A stretch of 32,000 nucleotides of DNA from an uncultured archaeon (lineage in GTDB: Archaea; Asgardarchaeota; Thorarchaeia; Thorarchaeales; Thorarchaeaceae): NCBI GenBank assembly GCA_964354495.1, contig CAYHAA010000008.1, positions 90,177 to 122,176 on the forward strand, written 5' to 3'. The notes below the pieces were generated by a model. The model was not told the origin of the DNA. It was given only the letters and a program-made list of their open reading frames with translations, and searched no databases. A program made the position numbers and the translations under genes. Shown one piece after another: positions 27,656 through 32,000 of this stretch (within the stretch, counting starts at the first letter, position 1; each line of letters starts with the position of its first letter).

Positions 27656-27713
27656 CCTCTCTCGTATTCATTTTGAACTACATCTGCTTCTCTTGGCGAT
27701 ATGGAAAACATTC
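27656..27713 (+). repeat. Dispersed repeat copy C
   Basis: CCTCTCTCG-N8-TTGAACTACATCTGCTTCTCTTGGCGATATGGAAAACATTC; the 41-nt core is 36/41 identical to 8067-8107. Confidence 0.85.
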
Positions 27714-27748
27714 GGGACCGGAGCCCTCGCAATCCATGATGATTGAAT

Positions 27749-27985
27749 TCATATTGCTCTATACTTCTCTTTGCTTGTCTTATATGCAGTAATCACAATG
27801 ATTCTCTTTTCTCGCTCAATAAAGAATACTCTCAGGATTTTTCCGCCATCAGTAATTTGACCAATCGAGTGTCCTAGACTATCTGTCATCCTTTCCTTTG
27901 ATTTCGAGAGTACCTGAATGACTTCATCTCTTGTAATCGCACGTTGCTTCATTCTCTCCAATGCGTGCTTTGTGAAGATAATCAA
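27749..27985 (-). CDS. DUF4258-family putative toxin (RelE/BrnT-like fold)
   Basis: IIFTKHALERMKQRAIT...LRVFF...IIVITAY matches the family pattern. Confidence 0.78.
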   Translation of the reverse strand: MIIFTKHALERMKQRAITRDEVIQVLSKSKERMTDSLGHSIGQITDGGKILRVFFIEREKRIIVITAYKTSKEKYRAI

Positions 27986-28206
27986 GCTGTGGCAACCTCA
28001 GCAACTAATTCTTCGTCCCCAAGCTTGACCAAACGATTCAGGTCCAAGTTCCTCTTAGAAAAGGAGAGCACTTCAATCCCACTGACCTCTCCCTTCTTAT
28101 CGTAGTCGATGATGACTCCCTCAGAGATCTCAACACTCTCAGCCACCTTCTCTCCTCTGAGTCTGAAATAGACAGAGTCTGCTACTTTGTCATAATCAAC
28201 TCGCAT
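27982..28206 (-). CDS. DUF2283-family putative antitoxin
   Basis: VDYDKVADSVYFRL...SVEISEGVIIDYDKKGEVSGIEVL is the DUF2283 signature. Its stop overlaps the DUF4258 start by 4 nt. Confidence 0.85.
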   Translation of the reverse strand: MRVDYDKVADSVYFRLRGEKVAESVEISEGVIIDYDKKGEVSGIEVLSFSKRNLDLNRLVKLGDEELVAEVATA

Positions 28207-28344
28207 GTGGAGGACACCTCATCAATGCATTTTGCTGATGACTGATAGTAATCTCATAGGTAAATGTGCTTTCCGATTGCAATCAATCCATAATAGAATC
28301 CGAAGACGAAATTGGATTCTTCATCAGTTCTTTCTCAATCGTCT

Positions 28345-28653
28345 TCACTCTGAGACCAACCTCTCGTTTTCAACCTGACCTTGGCTCACTCTCTCAATCG
28401 CCTGAAGTATTTTGTCTACCTTCTTCTGAGAGAGAATCGCTCTGATGGCATCAAGTTCGTTCTGGCTGTTTATGAGGCCCCCTATCTTATTCATTGGATT
28501 TCCACTCTTGCCAATCGGATTGATCTCAACGGCCAAATAGGCTGGCTCATTCTTGTATTGAGGTATCTTTCTGATGAATATTCCAGGTTCACTGGTCCTC
28601 AGCCGTTCGAACTTCCTTCCGTGCTTGAGCATATCTCTCGGCGATGCTTCCAT
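28345..28653 (-). CDS. Small hypothetical protein, probably a conserved archaeal family
   Basis: ERLRTSEPGIFIRKIP...LAVEINPI...GNP resembles a small archaeal uncharacterised family recalled from memory, not verified. Confidence 0.6.
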   Translation of the reverse strand: MEASPRDMLKHGRKFERLRTSEPGIFIRKIPQYKNEPAYLAVEINPIGKSGNPMNKIGGLINSQNELDAIRAILSQKKVDKILQAIERVSQGQVENERLVSE

Positions 28654-28973
28654 TTAGACCAACCAGTCCTCCTCTGTTGCCTTTGACAATCTTATCCACG
28701 TTCCTGCATTCTGTCAGAACTTGCAGCCTGGTCAAGTAGTCGGAGATGACGACTGGGACATCAGAGAGAACTATTGTTCAAGGTGGCCTTGTACAAGATT
28801 GCACGACTGAACTTGCTGGTGTGCGTAGAGAGGTGATTCATTCAACAGGGCAGTCAATTTCAATAGAGTAATAAAGGTAAAATTCTGTCCGCCTGCATAA
28901 TTCTTTGATGGTTGTTTCTGTAGTATCCGGTAACAAATCACCTCATTGAACAGGGAGTAGATTAGTTTCAGAT

Positions 28974-31790
28974 ATGCCAGATAGTAGCAGCAAAAGCCTC
29001 CCTACATCGATAGAAACAGGCAGTGATTCTAGCAAAGAAGACGAATCTCCACGTAGTAGGTGGCATCTTCTATCCACTCTAGAAGTTCAAAAAGCCCTGA
29101 ATACTGATTTTGAAAACGGACTGAGCACACCTGAGGCGGAAAAGAGGCTTCAGCAGTATGGGCGCAACACTCTGACTTCTACTCCACGCCGTTCGGCCTT
29201 GTCCATTATTCTCGCTCAATTTAAGAGCCTCATCGTGGTCCTGCTGATTGCTGCGGCAGGCATAGCCTTTCTGCTAAGTGATACGATTGAAGGTTACGCT
29301 ATTCTGGTCGTCGTTCTCATCAATACCGTCATCGGCTTTCTGACCGAGCTTCGTGCTGAACAGGCGATCACTGCAATTCAACAGCAGACAGTCCCTACTG
29401 CACATATCCTCAGAGATGAAGATGAGCAAAAAATCCCGGCAGCAAATCTTGTTCCTGGAGACATTGTTGTCCTCTCAGCAGGTGAGCGCGTGCCAGCCGA
29501 TGGCCGCATTGTAGAAAGTGTGCAGTTGCAGACTCAGGAAGCATCGCTTACTGGTGAGTCACTACCTGTAAGCAAAATTGATGAATCGCTCAGTGTAGAA
29601 CACAGCATCGTTCCTCTGGGTGATCGAGTCAACATGGCATACATGGGCACTGTGATCACTAATGGACGTGGTTTGATGGTGGTTACCGAAACTGGTATGC
29701 ATACCGAAGTCGGTAAAATCGGTGTCCTCATCGACGAAGTTGCCACGCAAGATACCCCGCTTGAACGCAACCTCGAGCAGCTTGGACGTGCATTAATCGG
29801 TATTGTGGCGCTACTGTGTGCTGTTATCATCACTATGGGTGTACTGAGGGGTCAAGACTTGTTATACATGCTGGAGGTGGGCATTTCATTGGCGATAGCA
29901 GCTGTCCCCGAAGGTCTGCCCACTGTGGCGACGATGACACTGGCTCTGGGAGTACAACGAATGGCAAAGAAAAACGCTCTGGTCCGTCGCCTTCATGCTG
30001 TAGAAACCCTTGGATCTACAACGGTGATTTGCACCGACAAAACTGGTACCCTCACGAAGAATGAGATGACTGTTACTCGCATAGTACTGAATAACGATAT
30101 ACTGGATGTGACGAGAAGCGGATACGAATTACAGAATACATCTCGCGACGACAGTGGAGAAACAACTGAGCATAAGAACGAACACCTCATGCTGGCCTTA
30201 CAAATCGGGGCATTGTGTAACGATGCGGAGCTCGAATATTCAGAACGAGGTGTCACCGTATTGGGTGACCCCACCGAAGGGGCGTTAATAATCGCAGCTG
30301 AGAAGGCTGGGCTATTTCATGACAGTCTGGAAGAAGGCTATGAGCGCTTAGCCGAAGTGCCTTTTGAAAGTAAGACCAAGTATATGGTAACTGTCCACCG
30401 TACACCTGAGGGTAACCTTGTTGCCTACATGAAGGGGGCACCCGCAGCTGTAGCACAAATCTCAACGGATATCTTTGTGTCTCAAGGACACACGCGCCCG
30501 AATACTGAACAGGATCGTATGACCATTCTCCAACTGAACCGCAATATGGCTAAGGATGCTCTCCGAGTGTTGGGAGTTGGATATCGGGAACTGCCGGAGG
30601 ACTACACACTTGATGATCTGAAAGGTGGCTTCACCTACGTTGCCTTATTTGGCATGATTGATCCACTTCGTGAAGAAACGAAAGGGGCGATTAGCCAATG
30701 CTTCGAGGCTGGAATTCGGACAGTTATGATTACTGGAGATCAACTCCTTACGGCAGAAGCAATCGCTCATCAACTCGGCATTGACCAAGATGACCAGGGG
30801 CGGCATTATCGAACGATTCATGCCCGAGAGTTGGAAGAACTTGATGATGAAGGTTGGCAGCATATTGTCGCAGAGACAGCCGTCTTTGCACGCGTTTCGC
30901 CCGAACACAAATTACGCATTGTTGAGGCCTTACAGCGAAACAAGCAAATCGTAGCTATGACCGGTGATGGTGTGAACGATGCGCCTGCACTACGAAAGGC
31001 CGATATTGGCGTGGCAATGGGGATAAAAGGCACTGAAGTTGCCAAAGAGACAGCCGATATGATCATCCGTGATGACAACTACGCTACTATTGTGCGAGCG
31101 GTTGAGCTGGGGCGGACAATCTACTCCAATATCCAGCGCTTCATTCACTATCTGTTCTCGTGCAACTTCTCCGAGATTATGGTCGTGTTTGTAGCAATCA
31201 TGATTGGCTGGCCATTGCCACTGGTCCCGCTACAGATCTTCTGGTTGAACATCATTACTGACGTGTTTCCGGCATTGGCGCTGGCGTTGGAACCGTCCAA
31301 GGCAAACGTGATGAAGCAAAAACCACGTGATCCACAGGAGCGTCTTTTGAACAGGTCTCTAACCGGGCTAATCATCTGGCAGGGGGTGTTGTTGGCATGT
31401 GTCACGCTTGCTGCTTTTGCTGTTGGTATGTCCTGGTATGGCAGTGAAGGTACCGGGTTGCTTCACGCGGTGACGATTTCATTTATGACTCTGGCACTGG
31501 CGCAGACATTCCATGTTTTCAACGCGCGCTCCCAGATGGATTCAGCAATCGATTCGCGGCTGTTCACCAATAAATGGCTGTGGGGTGCGGTCGTGATCTG
31601 TGTTCTTCTGCAGTTTGCCGCCGTTTATATACCATTCTTGCAGATCGTGCTGAGTACAGTCCCGCTTAATCTATACGATTGGGGCATTGTGTTGATTCTC
31701 TCATTCGTGCCCATTGTAGTCGTTGAGTTCGTGAAGTCATCTCGCAAACTGATCTTGAATCGGCGGAAGCGCCAAGGAGGCAGCCACTAA
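28974..31790 (+). CDS. P-type ATPase, subtype P2A (Ca2+-transporting-like)
   Basis: TGES, VPEGLP, phosphorylation motif DKTGT, GDPTE, KGAP, MITGD, TGDGVNDAPAL, M5 SCNFSE, M6 NIITD. Confidence 0.93.
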   Translation: MPDSSSKSLPTSIETGSDSSKEDESPRSRWHLLSTLEVQKALNTDFENGLSTPEAEKRLQQYGRNTLTSTPRRSALSIILAQFKSLIVVLLIAAAGIAFLLSDTIEGYAILVVVLINTVIGFLTELRAEQAITAIQQQTVPTAHILRDEDEQKIPAANLVPGDIVVLSAGERVPADGRIVESVQLQTQEASLTGESLPVSKIDESLSVEHSIVPLGDRVNMAYMGTVITNGRGLMVVTETGMHTEVGKIGVLIDEVATQDTPLERNLEQLGRALIGIVALLCAVIITMGVLRGQDLLYMLEVGISLAIAAVPEGLPTVATMTLALGVQRMAKKNALVRRLHAVETLGSTTVICTDKTGTLTKNEMTVTRIVLNNDILDVTRSGYELQNTSRDDSGETTEHKNEHLMLALQIGALCNDAELEYSERGVTVLGDPTEGALIIAAEKAGLFHDSLEEGYERLAEVPFESKTKYMVTVHRTPEGNLVAYMKGAPAAVAQISTDIFVSQGHTRPNTEQDRMTILQLNRNMAKDALRVLGVGYRELPEDYTLDDLKGGFTYVALFGMIDPLREETKGAISQCFEAGIRTVMITGDQLLTAEAIAHQLGIDQDDQGRHYRTIHARELEELDDEGWQHIVAETAVFARVSPEHKLRIVEALQRNKQIVAMTGDGVNDAPALRKADIGVAMGIKGTEVAKETADMIIRDDNYATIVRAVELGRTIYSNIQRFIHYLFSCNFSEIMVVFVAIMIGWPLPLVPLQIFWLNIITDVFPALALALEPSKANVMKQKPRDPQERLLNRSLTGLIIWQGVLLACVTLAAFAVGMSWYGSEGTGLLHAVTISFMTLALAQTFHVFNARSQMDSAIDSRLFTNKWLWGAVVICVLLQFAAVYIPFLQIVLSTVPLNLYDWGIVLILSFVPIVVVEFVKSSRKLILNRRKRQGGSH

Positions 31791-32000
31791 CTGAGTCGCA
31801 ACTGTTTAACGTTCGAAATGACGAAGAATAGGAAGGCGTTGAGCGAAGGTCCATGCTCTGACCTACCTTCACTACAGACAACTGTTATTCCCTGCAGATT
31901 ACGCATCTTGGATTCATCAAGATTCATTCATCTCTCATATTTGTAAGGGTATGCAACAGCTGCTGAAAACTTGGACAGAGTTGGACATCCCTTAGATGAT

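Noticed and set aside
8052-27713. Dispersed repeat as a CRISPR array or classical integron attC
   Set aside because: Copies are about 10 kb apart with no spacer periodicity, and I could not find the paired R''/R' boxes with an internal palindrome expected for attC.
28974-31790. Functional link between the Ca-type ATPase and the Ca-binding giant protein
   Set aside because: They are about 13 kb apart with unrelated genes between, and the ATPase lies outside the repeat-bracketed segment.
23791-31951. Shared 11-mer TTGTAAGGGTA at 23791 and 31941
   Set aside because: On the order of a hundred 11-mer matches are expected by chance in 32 kb, and there is no flanking similarity.
1-32000. Genome-wide amber (TAG) reassignment
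   Set aside because: About ten well-supported genes in the window end at TAG at their expected C-termini.
31791-32000. Imperfect hairpin near 31846-31870 and short ORFs at the right edge
   Set aside because: The stem is weak and no recognisable protein appears in any frame, so there is too little context to call.

Overview
Gene-dense window that looks archaeal (TATA-like boxes, frequent TTG/GTG starts, an archaeal-type surface-protein domain). An Asgard (e.g. Thorarchaeia) or Bathyarchaeia-like host is plausible but is only inference. No rRNA, tRNA, CRISPR array, cas gene, transposase or integrase was seen. From left to right: 3' end of a threonine/serine dehydratase, DUF1846, flavodoxin-like protein, MBL hydrolase; a minus-strand run of surE, a beta-CASP (RNase J-like) nuclease and a CARF-PIN fusion with no CRISPR locus in view; a small membrane ORF broken by one TAG; a perfect 24-bp palindrome; a 2499-aa secreted mosaic protein (Ca-binding repeats, beta-trefoil, hydrophobic helical segment, two propeller types); an SDR and a MaoC hydratase; a TPR fragment; two sugar-enzyme clusters (phosphohexomutase, GT4, six-hairpin protein, GH130; then LmbE deacetylase, GT4, GH100-like hydrolase); an orphan immunity-like protein; a DUF2283/DUF4258 toxin-antitoxin pair; and a P2A Ca-type ATPase. 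A dispersed non-coding repeat (41 bp, 36/41 identical at 8067 and 27673, partial copy at 18284 that supplies the stop codon of the truncated TPR ORF) is not explained by any of the genes. All domain calls come from motif recognition by eye and need HMM or structure confirmation.
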